Source: a virus
Lineage: Duplodnaviria > Caudoviricetes
DNA length: 50,423 bases
IMG/VR virus record: IMGVR_UViG_3300025030_000147
Coordinates: 1-50,423 of that record
Direction: 5' to 3' (one strand)
Positions within the stretch are counted from its first letter, which is position 1. The number at the start of each line of letters is the position of its first letter. The notes under the pieces were generated by a model. That model saw only the letters and a list, made by a program, of their open reading frames with translations. It did no database searches and had not been told where the DNA came from. Made by a program: the position numbers and the translations under genes. Below are positions 27,416 through 36,162 of this stretch, in pieces.

Positions 27416-27833
27416 CCGTACTCAGAACCTCGACCACTGCCAAATCCTTGGCGGGCAGTTTTTCGATGGCGGTGGACCCGCAGCTAGCCAGGGAACCCAT
27501 GAGAGCGTACATCTTGGCGTACTGCTGGCCCTGCGGCACCTTGTCCATCACCAGCTTGTGCTTGGCACCGATCTCGGCGTACTGGAGGGTTTGACCGCTA
27601 CCGAGATGCTGTGTCACGGTGCCATTCTCACCCACCTCGACCAGACCGCGCCGCACGTAGTCGGTAAGTTGGTCGAAGGTCTTTTCCAGACTTGCTTCCT
27701 GCAGATCGTTGCCGCCGGCAAGGCGATCAACGTCGATGTCGTAGTAGGTGAGCAGAGCCATGACCTGTTCTACGGCTGATTCTTCGGACAGAACGTACTG
27801 CTGCTCGGTGCGTTTGATCTGATACTTACTCAC
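27399..27833 (-). CDS. Tail assembly chaperone
   Basis: Position between tube and tape measure; GGAGG RBS before GTG. Confidence 0.75.
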   Translation of the reverse strand: MSKYQIKRTEQQYVLSEESAVEQVMALLTYYDIDVDRLAGGNDLQEASLEKTFDQLTDYVRRGLVEVGENGTVTQHLGSGQTLQYAEIGAKHKLVMDKVPQGQQYAKMYALMGSLASCGSTAIEKLPAKDLAVVEVLSTVFSNA

Positions 27834-27834
27834 T

Positions 27835-27888
27835 ATATCCTCCGTGGTGGGGTTAGCCCCCTCACCCATCCACCCCACCACAGGATAG
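27835..27888 (-). terminator. Long stem-loop between tube and chaperone genes, overlapping the RBS
   Basis: TATCCT..GTGGTGGGG / CCCCACCAC.AGGATA inverted repeat. Confidence 0.5.
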
Positions 27889-27914
27889 ACAGGATCAGGG
27901 GCTTGTGTGGCACC

Positions 27915-28289
27915 TTAGACAAGGAACTGCGACCAGGTATCCCGAGGGTGCATCGAAATGGTGGCTTTGTTCTCGGCGGTCTGACGACCCTCGAACTCGA
28001 TCCAGCCGTTTGCGCGGTACACGTCACCGCTGGCATCCTCGTAGCTCATGGGGAAGTCGGTCAGCTTTTCAGCCAGCGACTTGAGCAGGGCGAACCCCGC
28101 GCCGTCACACACCAGCGTCAAGCCCTCGCGGGATTCGGAACGGGCTACCATCTTGCGAAGGTTGGCGCCGCTGGTGGGGATTGACGAGTTTTCGTGCGAG
28201 CTGCCAACCTCTTTGATGTCCGAGTCGGCAAATACATCGAAGGTAACACCGTCCAGCGTGACCTTCCTAAGAGTTCCGCTAATGCTCAT
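27915..28289 (-). CDS. Tail tube protein
   Basis: 124 aa directly after sheath; MSISGTLRKVTLDG, Mu gpM-like. Confidence 0.8.
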   Translation of the reverse strand: MSISGTLRKVTLDGVTFDVFADSDIKEVGSSHENSSIPTSGANLRKMVARSESREGLTLVCDGAGFALLKSLAEKLTDFPMSYEDASGDVYRANGWIEFEGRQTAENKATISMHPRDTWSQFLV

Positions 28290-28303
28290 TGATTCCTACC
28301 TCC

Positions 28304-29857
28304 TTAGTTGGTCAGCACTGCCTGGCTGATGTCAAACTGCACTTCGGTGTCGAGGATGCCACCCTCACCGGAAAGGATCACCGGCATGATGCCGTCGAAC
28401 CCGGTGCTGCCGGCGCGAACCGCTACCGCCAGGTTTTTGATGGTGTAGTCAGCCTCGTAGACCCACGCCTTGTTTTCAAAGCCGCGAGCGAGCGCCACGT
28501 AGTCGTCCACCACGGAGCCGGTGTCACGCGCCTTGATGCGGTCGGTCATGTTGCCGACCCGGGCGGTGTTCCCCACGACGCTGATGCCCTGCCATTTCTC
28601 CTGCTCGAAGTTGTGGCGGATGCTGTTGAGCATGTTCTGGACGATGGCGATGTTACGCATGGACCGGTAGCCGTTGTTCTCGACCGGTACGCTGTCGGGG
28701 CGGTAGAAGCTGACCACGTTCTGCAGGTAGACCACGCCGTTCCGCACGCGGGTCGGGCTGATGCCGGACTTCACGGCGGTGTCCCGGTTGTCATAGTCGC
28801 TGGTCCAGCGGTCGGCCTTGGCACCCGGGCGGATGCCGATCAGCGGTACGTCAATGTAGTTCTGTGCGACCCTCTGCTGCGCGATGCGCGCCATGTGGCC
28901 GATTGCCTGGGCGGCGATCTCGGCGGGGTGGCTCTGACTGCCCGGCACCGCTTCTACACCATTGGCGCGGTCCAGTTTGCGGCCATCCGACAGGGTCACC
29001 AGATCCGCGAGCCCCTGGCTGCCTGCCGCCGTGTCGCCGGTCAGCGCACGGAAAGGACGGGCTACCGTCTTGCCGTAGAGCGCGAGGAAGTCATTGCCCG
29101 CGCCCACGTAGTCCGAAATCGCGTTGAGGGTGGTTGCATCCTGACCGTACCCGTGTACAATGTCGGTGAACCATGCTTCGTTGGCGTCATCGCCGGTACC
29201 GAGAGCCGCCAGTGCATCAGCTACGGTGGGGATACCCGCACCGGCCGCCATGTCGGTGACTGCGCCGGTCACGCCGGCTGGGAGAGCATCACCCGCTTCC
29301 AGGTTGAAGGAGAGGTCAATCGAGTTACCCCACGGACCCTTGGACTTGGCGGTGAAATTCACCTGCCCGGTGGTCACTCCATCTACCGCCGCGTTGATAG
29401 GAAGCTCCTTGCGGGCAGTTATGGCAGCCACAACTGCGGTGGCGATCTGTGCGGCGGTCATACCAGACGTGACGGTGACAGGTACAGCATACCCTGCAAT
29501 GTAGAGCGGCAGGGTGCCCGACGCAGTTGCCGTGGACCCGGTGAAGTCAATATCGCCGGCAGCGGCGACCGCCCCTCCTGCCTCGGCCTGGGGCAAAACG
29601 TAGACAGGGACACCGGCACCGCCGATAAACGCCTGGAGAGCGAGTCGGTGAGCCATCGAGCCGAAACCGAACCTGTTACCTGCGTCCTCGGGACTCAGCA
29701 CCTGAACGGGTACCAGAGGCACCACATCGGTCTTGGCAGGGTCGTAGGTGGCGAGCGCAAGGATCTTGCGGGCCAGGTTGGTCACGCTGGTTGCGAACTG
29801 CGTGTTGCGGACGGCCACCCCGATTCCTGCGGCCAGAGATGTGGCATTAAGAGTCAT
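28304..29857 (-). CDS. Tail sheath protein (Mu gpL-like)
   Basis: FGFGSMAH, VNFTAKSKGPWGN, GISPT motifs; size. Confidence 0.9.
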   Translation of the reverse strand: MTLNATSLAAGIGVAVRNTQFATSVTNLARKILALATYDPAKTDVVPLVPVQVLSPEDAGNRFGFGSMAHRLALQAFIGGAGVPVYVLPQAEAGGAVAAAGDIDFTGSTATASGTLPLYIAGYAVPVTVTSGMTAAQIATAVVAAITARKELPINAAVDGVTTGQVNFTAKSKGPWGNSIDLSFNLEAGDALPAGVTGAVTDMAAGAGIPTVADALAALGTGDDANEAWFTDIVHGYGQDATTLNAISDYVGAGNDFLALYGKTVARPFRALTGDTAAGSQGLADLVTLSDGRKLDRANGVEAVPGSQSHPAEIAAQAIGHMARIAQQRVAQNYIDVPLIGIRPGAKADRWTSDYDNRDTAVKSGISPTRVRNGVVYLQNVVSFYRPDSVPVENNGYRSMRNIAIVQNMLNSIRHNFEQEKWQGISVVGNTARVGNMTDRIKARDTGSVVDDYVALARGFENKAWVYEADYTIKNLAVAVRAGSTGFDGIMPVILSGEGGILDTEVQFDISQAVLTN

Positions 29858-29884
29858 TTACTCACCCTCCTTGAGTTTGCGCGG

Positions 29885-29913
29885 ATTGTACATATTAATG
29901 AGCGACAAGTCAA
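29885..29913 (-). promoter_or_regulatory. Sigma70 promoter for tail operon (TTGACT-17-TACAAT)
   Basis: Near-consensus boxes upstream of sheath RBS. Confidence 0.7.
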
Positions 29914-30195
29914 CTATAAAGCGAACGGGTCGTAAACCTGCAATACAGCGGTTTCACCCCTGCCGGACCAACTCGGCAAGTTGGGCTGCGCCTGTAGCAA
30001 GTATCTCCCGGGTACGTTCAGATCATTAGCCTGTGTGAAGTAAGTCAGCGCCGCGCCATTGCGTTCTGCCGGCCAGGTCGCCTCAGTACCATCCGGCTTG
30101 CGGACGGCAATGGTCGGGTTGACCGCCGTGCTGATGTCGCTGACGCAGAACAACACGATCTCAGTCCCAGTATCCCCTACATACACTTTTCCCAT
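29914..30195 (-). CDS. Small Ig-like virion protein (BppU N-terminal-like)
   Basis: YVGDTGT...RKPDGT..W...Y....DL..PG.Y.LQ pattern. Confidence 0.65.
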   Translation of the reverse strand: MGKVYVGDTGTEIVLFCVSDISTAVNPTIAVRKPDGTEATWPAERNGAALTYFTQANDLNVPGRYLLQAQPNLPSWSGRGETAVLQVYDPFAL

Positions 30196-32237
30196 TAACG
30201 CACCCCCAGGTCGCTGATCCGCTCCACCTTACGGGTAATCTGTGAGATAAGATTTGCCTGTAAGGTGATGGGAGACAGCAAAGCGATAATTTCATGTGGT
30301 CCCGTTTCAAGTAACGCAATCAACATGTCAGTGACGGTGACTTGAGCGGTAGCCGTAGCCGTCACTGATTCCAAGTACTGAGCAACGGCTGTCACCCCGG
30401 CACCGGAATCAGCGACAGTAATTACACCATTGACCATCATTTGTACATCATTAACCGTCGCCAGGGCGGCGGTAGCTGTCAGCAGACTTTCCGCCACTCC
30501 AGCTAGCTGAACGTCGGTGGCCTGCGTGGTGGCCTGCGTGGTGGTGGTGACCGCCTCGATCTGCGCCATCACATCGGCAACGGTCGGAACCGCCTGGATG
30601 ATGGTGATCAACGATTCGATCCGAGCCACTATGTCCTGCAAAGAGGCCGAGACATCAGCATAGCTGGTCACATCGTCGGCCCCGGTGTCCGCCGTGCCGT
30701 AGGCGATAATGCCCCCGTCTCCGGTGAGCATGGACACAGAGGGCTGCGCGGTGAAGATGAACGGTTGCACCACCTTGTCGGCCAAGGTGAGGATGTCGGT
30801 GACGGTGGGGAATGCGGTTATCTGCGCCAGGAGCGATTCAACCTGGGACTGCGTGGTACTGGCGGTGGTAACCGATTGCGCAGCGGTGAAGACGCTTTCC
30901 AGCATCTGCTGCGTGCTGGATGCTGACACTCCTGCAGAGATGATAGCCGTTGCGGCCTCACGGAAGGTAGCGACGGTCGAGGCGCTGGCAAAGCTTGTTG
31001 CTGCTGCGGTCACATCGTCGGCGGTAGGATCAGCAGTCCCGTAGGCGATCACGCCCCCGTCGTCTGTAGGAGCTTGTACGGTTGGATGCGTTGAAAAATA
31101 GAGCGGCGGCAACGGCTCGAAAGTGACTGCCGCCTGTTTCAAAATGGGGGGGCCTGTAAGCCCTGAGCTATCAGGCCACAGTTTTGCTGTACCGCTCGCC
31201 GCATACCCCTGTACGTCAAAATAGATTCCGCTTGCGACTACAGACGAAGCACTAACGGATAGTTGGACCGATGCCGATTGAGAGAAAACGACAGGGTTTG
31301 ACGCCCCTCCTAATTGGCTGCTTGGAACCAAGGAGCCGTCGGATTTGCGTATGGCAACCGTCAAAGTGTTCCCGGCACCTTGACGCAAGCCCGCTATCAG
31401 TTCAATCTTCGAATACTTAAAGCCTGGCGCCGGGGCTATAACTTGGGACTGCATGTTGAAGCTACCCGCAGGGTATGGGGTGGACGCAGTGCCCTGTATC
31501 CATGAATTGGTCGCGCCGTTGGACGGAACTAAAGTCAAGCCGCCCGCCATCGTCAAGTAGTGCTGAACGCCAGCGTCTACGCTTAAATTGTTGTATTCGA
31601 TGCCCCACTCATAACTGGTGTTGGTATGGGTGGGGAAATACCAGTACATGTCGGCGACATCATGAAATTGCCATACTTCACTGCCTGTTACTTCAATTTG
31701 GCCGAATAATGCCGTACCTGATGCCCCTTCTTGGTTTATCTGGAGCGTCGGGTTAACCACCGGCTTAAAAATGAGCGTACCGAGCGTGGACCACGCTGCG
31801 GTGTCGGTGAGATCCAGGTTCCGTGCCTTAAAAACAAAAGTCTCATTACCATCGAACTCCATCTGCAGTTCGACAGCCTGACCGTTCGCAGCAGTGAAAG
31901 TGCCTGGATAGGTGTACGCGGCATTGCAGTAAAACCCTACAGAACCGCTGCTGCTGATGCTGAATCCGCAGTATTCCGCCTCCCCTGCATACAAGGAAAA
32001 CCCCGCCCAGTTGCTACCGTTACGGATGAACCGGATACGGGCGGTTATCGACTCGCTGCGGTCCCATCGCTTTTGAGGACTGCCACCATAAGGTCCGGTG
32101 TAGTAGTTGCCGCCGAGCGTCGCGCTGTAGTGCAGGTTGGACTGCACGAACGGAGTATTGAGCCCATACCCTGACCACGCCGAAGGGTTTGCCCAAGTCT
32201 CGACCCATTTTTTTACTGTGGGGTTGATCTCTGTCAT
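30195..32237 (-). CDS. Putative fibre/whisker protein: globular N-terminal domains plus Ala/Thr/Val-rich shaft with internal duplication
   Basis: Two copies of DGG[VI]IAYGTAD..ADDVT; composition; structural-module position. Confidence 0.6.
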   Translation of the reverse strand: MTEINPTVKKWVETWANPSAWSGYGLNTPFVQSNLHYSATLGGNYYTGPYGGSPQKRWDRSESITARIRFIRNGSNWAGFSLYAGEAEYCGFSISSSGSVGFYCNAAYTYPGTFTAANGQAVELQMEFDGNETFVFKARNLDLTDTAAWSTLGTLIFKPVVNPTLQINQEGASGTALFGQIEVTGSEVWQFHDVADMYWYFPTHTNTSYEWGIEYNNLSVDAGVQHYLTMAGGLTLVPSNGATNSWIQGTASTPYPAGSFNMQSQVIAPAPGFKYSKIELIAGLRQGAGNTLTVAIRKSDGSLVPSSQLGGASNPVVFSQSASVQLSVSASSVVASGIYFDVQGYAASGTAKLWPDSSGLTGPPILKQAAVTFEPLPPLYFSTHPTVQAPTDDGGVIAYGTADPTADDVTAAATSFASASTVATFREAATAIISAGVSASSTQQMLESVFTAAQSVTTASTTQSQVESLLAQITAFPTVTDILTLADKVVQPFIFTAQPSVSMLTGDGGIIAYGTADTGADDVTSYADVSASLQDIVARIESLITIIQAVPTVADVMAQIEAVTTTTQATTQATDVQLAGVAESLLTATAALATVNDVQMMVNGVITVADSGAGVTAVAQYLESVTATATAQVTVTDMLIALLETGPHEIIALLSPITLQANLISQITRKVERISDLGVR

Positions 32238-33658
32238 AGGAATTTCACATCATCTACGGAGTAGTCGAAGAAGCTGCCACCCGTCTGATTTGTGAGCGAT
32301 TGGGCCACAAATCCTAGATCGGTCCCAAGTGTGGCCGTAAAACTTACGGGGGCTATGAGCTGAATCCCATTTCGCAAAACTCTTACTTGACTTGATGACG
32401 TTATTTCCATCCTGTATATCGTCCCAGCAGGATCATCTGTGACAACAATGGACCCCAATGATGTTCCGTTACCCGATGCATCGACGCTTGATAAATCCAT
32501 AGTTCTGCTTGATGCAAAAGAGTTGATGTTGAAATAGATGATATTTTTTTGAGGACGACCTGATGCGGATGGGTTGTGATCCGCCACATTGAAAAGCATG
32601 AACACCAGCAAACTAGCATTTGAAGTGAGCGGTTTTTGCACCGTTTGCTTGAATTCAACATATCGACCTACAGCCATCGGTAATGTTGTCTTTGCTTTGT
32701 ACACCTGTCTTACAAGAGATGCGTTCGCACTGCTCAAGTGAGTTGCGAGAGCACTATTTTGGATATTGAAGTACGACCCGCCAGCTAAACTGCCCTCAGT
32801 TGTCAACGTGTTCCAGTACGTGCTGCTCAACGGATCTCCATTCGCTCCGGTGAAGCTGTCGGTGAACCCAGTATAAGGCACGCCTGTTTTAACCTCACTC
32901 AGCGCAGATTCTCCAACAGCATTGACCGCTGTAGCAGCGTACTTGTAGGTGACACCATTTGTCCGACCTGAGTGAACGTATGGCGAGGTAGCCCCGGTGA
33001 TCTTGGTGCTGGAGAGTGTTGGGGTAGACCCGTCGCTGGTCCAATAAATGTTGTAGCTGGTTGCACCGGATACCGCCCCCCATGTTACGGTATTCTGACC
33101 GTCGCCCGCAGTCACTGAGGTAGCGGGCGCGGCGGGAGCTGCTGCAGCGGGCGTGTAGGTATCCGATACCGTAGCCGCCGCGCTGATCGCCGCAACAACC
33201 TGTTCTAGCATGGTCTGCACATCGGTCACGGTGGCTACTACCTCGCCTGCTGCGGTCACCGTCTCAGCAAATCCGGTCACCACACTGCCTGCCTCGGTGG
33301 CAGACGACAGCAGCGCCTCGTTCATCACCTGGGCGTCGGCGGCGCTCACGGTGACGCCTGCAGCGGCAAGGAGGGTGTCGCGGCGGGTGATCAGTTCGGC
33401 CACGGTGACTTCGGCAGCGGCAAAAGTCTGCACCGGCTCGGAGATTCCCGGAGTGCCTACCTGCATGATGGTTTCGTTGGAGACGATCGGTGTTGTGTCG
33501 CCGGTCAGCGGAACCATGCGGAGCTTAACGGCGTAGGTCCCGGTGGAGAGCCCGGCAACGGTGAGGCTCTTGTCCGGTCCCGGCGTCTCGTCGGTCTTGC
33601 CAGGCAACCAGGGACCACCGTTGACGTTATATTCGAGGTTGTAGTGACGTGCTGGCAT
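32234..33658 (-). CDS. Fibronectin type III domain virion/adhesion protein
   Basis: TAGDGQNTVTWGAVSGATSYNIYW...NGVTYKYAATAVNAVGES. Confidence 0.8.
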   Translation of the reverse strand: MPARHYNLEYNVNGGPWLPGKTDETPGPDKSLTVAGLSTGTYAVKLRMVPLTGDTTPIVSNETIMQVGTPGISEPVQTFAAAEVTVAELITRRDTLLAAAGVTVSAADAQVMNEALLSSATEAGSVVTGFAETVTAAGEVVATVTDVQTMLEQVVAAISAAATVSDTYTPAAAAPAAPATSVTAGDGQNTVTWGAVSGATSYNIYWTSDGSTPTLSSTKITGATSPYVHSGRTNGVTYKYAATAVNAVGESALSEVKTGVPYTGFTDSFTGANGDPLSSTYWNTLTTEGSLAGGSYFNIQNSALATHLSSANASLVRQVYKAKTTLPMAVGRYVEFKQTVQKPLTSNASLLVFMLFNVADHNPSASGRPQKNIIYFNINSFASSRTMDLSSVDASGNGTSLGSIVVTDDPAGTIYRMEITSSSQVRVLRNGIQLIAPVSFTATLGTDLGFVAQSLTNQTGGSFFDYSVDDVKFL

Positions 33659-33667
33659 GGACTCTCC

Positions 33668-33892
33668 TTAGCGAAGCTCGTAACTGTACGAAATGGTCAG
33701 GCTGCTTCCATCCGCAAAATAAGTCGTCACAGGTGCTGGCAATGACTGATGACATCCCGCGCACTGGAAGTTAGTGGCCTTCTGCTTTCGCTCGCTCTCT
33801 AGCCATGATCTTTGCAGCGGCACACCTATGATGGTTGCAAGCGATATTGCGACAGACAGCAGTGAAAAGATAATTGTCAGATTGTTTTTCAT
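33668..33892 (-). CDS. 74-aa membrane-anchored protein with CxxCH motif (possible mono-heme c-type cytochrome)
   Basis: N-terminal hydrophobic helix; CAGCH; GGAGGG RBS. Confidence 0.6.
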   Translation of the reverse strand: MKNNLTIIFSLLSVAISLATIIGVPLQRSWLESERKQKATNFQCAGCHQSLPAPVTTYFADGSSLTISYSYELR

Positions 33893-33960
33893 CTGTTACC
33901 CCCTCCAGTAAGTTGGACAGCGGAGGGGCCTAGACGGACTAGGCCCGACCATTTTGCAGC

Positions 33961-34626
33961 TTACTGTAGACGGATCTTGTAGGTAATCTGGAGCGAGTCA
34001 CCCGCAGCCAGGGTACGGGTAGCGGCCAGGGCGGCGTAGGCTACCAGCTTCCCGGTGTTGTCGCTGGAGGTGGCGAGCGCGGCGTAGGTCACGGGGCCGA
34101 CGGTGCCGGTGGCGGTGATGGTGACGGTCTTGCTGGTGATCTCGTAGTGCGATGAAACGAGCTGCGGCACCAGGGGCCAGCCGGTCGAGTCGCGGGTGAT
34201 ACCCTGGGACGCGGGGGCGTAACCGTTGGCGGTGGTCGGCTCACTTGCCGACAGTGTGGTAAGGGTGGAAGTCAGGCCCGGCGTGGTGTTGTAGAGGCGT
34301 AGGTAGTACCCGGTCGGCGGGGTGTTGCCGCGGAACATCACGTCTTCGATCAGGTACTCACCCTCGTTGGCAAGGGCGTTCGGAACATCATGCTCTTCCC
34401 AGATCACGTCGCCGTGGGAGTTGCGGGCCACCAGGTCGAAGTAGCCGTGCTCCTGGATCTGTGCCGCGACCTTGACCGGAGTGTCAGCCTGCCTAAGAGT
34501 GTCGAGCGCGACGGCGGCTGCGGCGGGATTCTGGATCGAGGCGGTGACAGCCTCCTTGTGGACGGTCGAGCAGGCCGTAAGACAGACCAGCACGGTGAGC
34601 AGGACAAGCGAGTACAATTTTTTCAT
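33961..34626 (-). CDS. Lipoprotein-signal-bearing virion-type beta-sandwich protein
   Basis: MKKLYSLVLLTVLVCLTA-C lipobox; body resembles phage fibre-attachment proteins (YLRLY...GY...GKLVAYAAL...LAAGDSLQITY). Confidence 0.7.
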   Translation of the reverse strand: MKKLYSLVLLTVLVCLTACSTVHKEAVTASIQNPAAAAVALDTLRQADTPVKVAAQIQEHGYFDLVARNSHGDVIWEEHDVPNALANEGEYLIEDVMFRGNTPPTGYYLRLYNTTPGLTSTLTTLSASEPTTANGYAPASQGITRDSTGWPLVPQLVSSHYEITSKTVTITATGTVGPVTYAALATSSDNTGKLVAYAALAATRTLAAGDSLQITYKIRLQ

Positions 34627-34640
34627 TTCACAACTCCTTT

Positions 34641-35264
34641 TTATGGTGTGGTTACTCCAGTTTTTTCTACGTTATCGCCCACCAGGTCCAGCACGGTGGA
34701 CACGCCGCCTACCGCGGGTTTGCTGACCTCGCCGCCTACCGGCTCGACGGTTTGACAGCTAAATTGGACGGTACCATTGAGCAGCACCAATTCGCCCTGT
34801 GGCAGAGGATCTTCTTTGCTGATCGCGTCCACCCAACGATCTGACACCAGACCTACCCGCAGCCCCAGGTCGGCGTTACGCGGATCCATGAGAATGTTGC
34901 GGACCGCTGCCGCAGTGTCGTCCCAAAGGTCGTCCGCTATGCTGCTGGCATCCCGGGCCGCAGCCAGCGCCGCAGCTTTTTGGGTGGGGAGCGCGTCTGC
35001 CATGTTAATGGCGGCGAGGTTACATTTTGCCGCGGCGCTGGCGGTCACGCCGATGGCGTAGATCATCGCGTGCTGCACATCGCCGTACTGAGCACCCCGG
35101 CTCTTGGGAAAGTTACCCTGAGAGAAGAAAACCTGCACCGTAGGCCGGTCTTTCGACTCACGGGCGTCCTGTCCCTGCCCCTGATAGCCGACGACCGTAA
35201 AACGACCCTCTGCGGCGGCTCCGAGGGTATCCACGATGGCTTTTTTGACTATCTGGAAATTCAT
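34641..35264 (-). CDS. Neck/tail terminator protein
   Basis: Synteny and size. Confidence 0.6.
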   Translation of the reverse strand: MNFQIVKKAIVDTLGAAAEGRFTVVGYQGQGQDARESKDRPTVQVFFSQGNFPKSRGAQYGDVQHAMIYAIGVTASAAAKCNLAAINMADALPTQKAAALAAARDASSIADDLWDDTAAAVRNILMDPRNADLGLRVGLVSDRWVDAISKEDPLPQGELVLLNGTVQFSCQTVEPVGGEVSKPAVGGVSTVLDLVGDNVEKTGVTTP

Positions 35265-35611
35265 TCAGTCTGCTCCACTGCCTGCAGGTAGAGGCGGATG
35301 AAACCAAGGGACTCACCACCCTCGGGCGGGCGGGTCGGGGAGATGACATACTGCCCGTCAGACAGCGTCACAAGCCACGTTTCACCAGCAACCGGTATGC
35401 GTGGTAGGCTGGACCGGCGCAAGGACACAATGGGATTGCGGCAGACCGTCCGCTCGCCGTTCTCGGGGTTCATCCGCACCAGATCGTAGAGCACCTGACC
35501 TTTCAGGTCGGTGTACTCTGCTCCGTCAGGTGCAACAAGGGCGACTGGCGTTGACCAGTCGCCCTCAAGAGTTACCGCGAGATCCTGCTCTGCGAGGTCG
35601 CGGAGATTCAC
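35261..35611 (-). CDS. Head-tail joining protein
   Basis: Synteny and size. Confidence 0.6.
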   Translation of the reverse strand: MNLRDLAEQDLAVTLEGDWSTPVALVAPDGAEYTDLKGQVLYDLVRMNPENGERTVCRNPIVSLRRSSLPRIPVAGETWLVTLSDGQYVISPTRPPEGGESLGFIRLYLQAVEQTE

Positions 35612-35718
35612 GCCGGCTGTTCGGTGATGGTCTTACCGCCCTTGGGTGCAGGGGCAGGCGCCGCTACCGGCTCGGACTTGACGGTACACTGACCGCCCAC
35701 GTAGACGCGAGTTGCCAT
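35608..35718 (-). CDS. 36-aa hypothetical protein, not in ORF track
   Basis: AAGGAGG RBS; GTGA overlap with next gene. Confidence 0.45.
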   Translation of the reverse strand: MATRVYVGGQCTVKSEPVAAPAPAPKGGKTITEQPA

Positions 35719-35720
35719 TT

Positions 35721-36086
35721 TTACTTGCCCTCCTTGACCTTGGGACCAGCGGTGTTCATGGCTGCGTTGGTCATCTCAGTGATGGTTTTCTGCGCCTGGA
35801 CCAGTTGGGTCGCCAAGTCATCGTTCTCGGCGGTGAGGGCTACCACACGGGCCTGCTCGGCGGCTACCTGCGCCGACAACTCCCCTATCTGCGCCAATGC
35901 GTCGTCCAGGCGGTTGTCCGGTGCAGCCGGTGCAGCGGCGACAATCTCGCCCACCTTGCCCTTGCGTGTCAGCGCAGTGAGGGTATCCTCGTCCACGCCT
36001 TTAGGCATCTCTTCACCTACCTTGTAGTCTTTACCGCCGAAGGAATACACCCCCGGTCCGAGCCATTTAGCCATATCGTCCTCCAT
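35721..36086 (-). CDS. Post-capsid accessory protein (gpFI-like position) with coiled coil
   Basis: GKDYKVGEEMP...LTRKGKV motif; synteny. Confidence 0.6.
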   Translation of the reverse strand: MEDDMAKWLGPGVYSFGGKDYKVGEEMPKGVDEDTLTALTRKGKVGEIVAAAPAAPDNRLDDALAQIGELSAQVAAEQARVVALTAENDDLATQLVQAQKTITEMTNAAMNTAGPKVKEGK

Positions 36087-36109
36087 TTTATGTGGTGAGG
36101 CTTACACCC

Positions 36110-36139
36110 AAAAAGCCCCCCTGCTCTTGACAGGGGGGC
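36110..36139 (-). terminator. Rho-independent terminator after capsid gene
   Basis: GCCCCCCTG/CAGGGGGGC stem followed by U-tract on minus strand. Confidence 0.8.
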
Positions 36140-36162
36140 CGGTTCTGATACGCTTTTAACCG

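Noticed and set aside
28289-29935. 548-aa plus-strand ORF (and similar long antisense ORFs at 37864-38964, 47534-48442, 23173-24024, 8294-9109)
   Set aside because: Antisense shadows of high-GC genes with clear identities; no RBS or motifs
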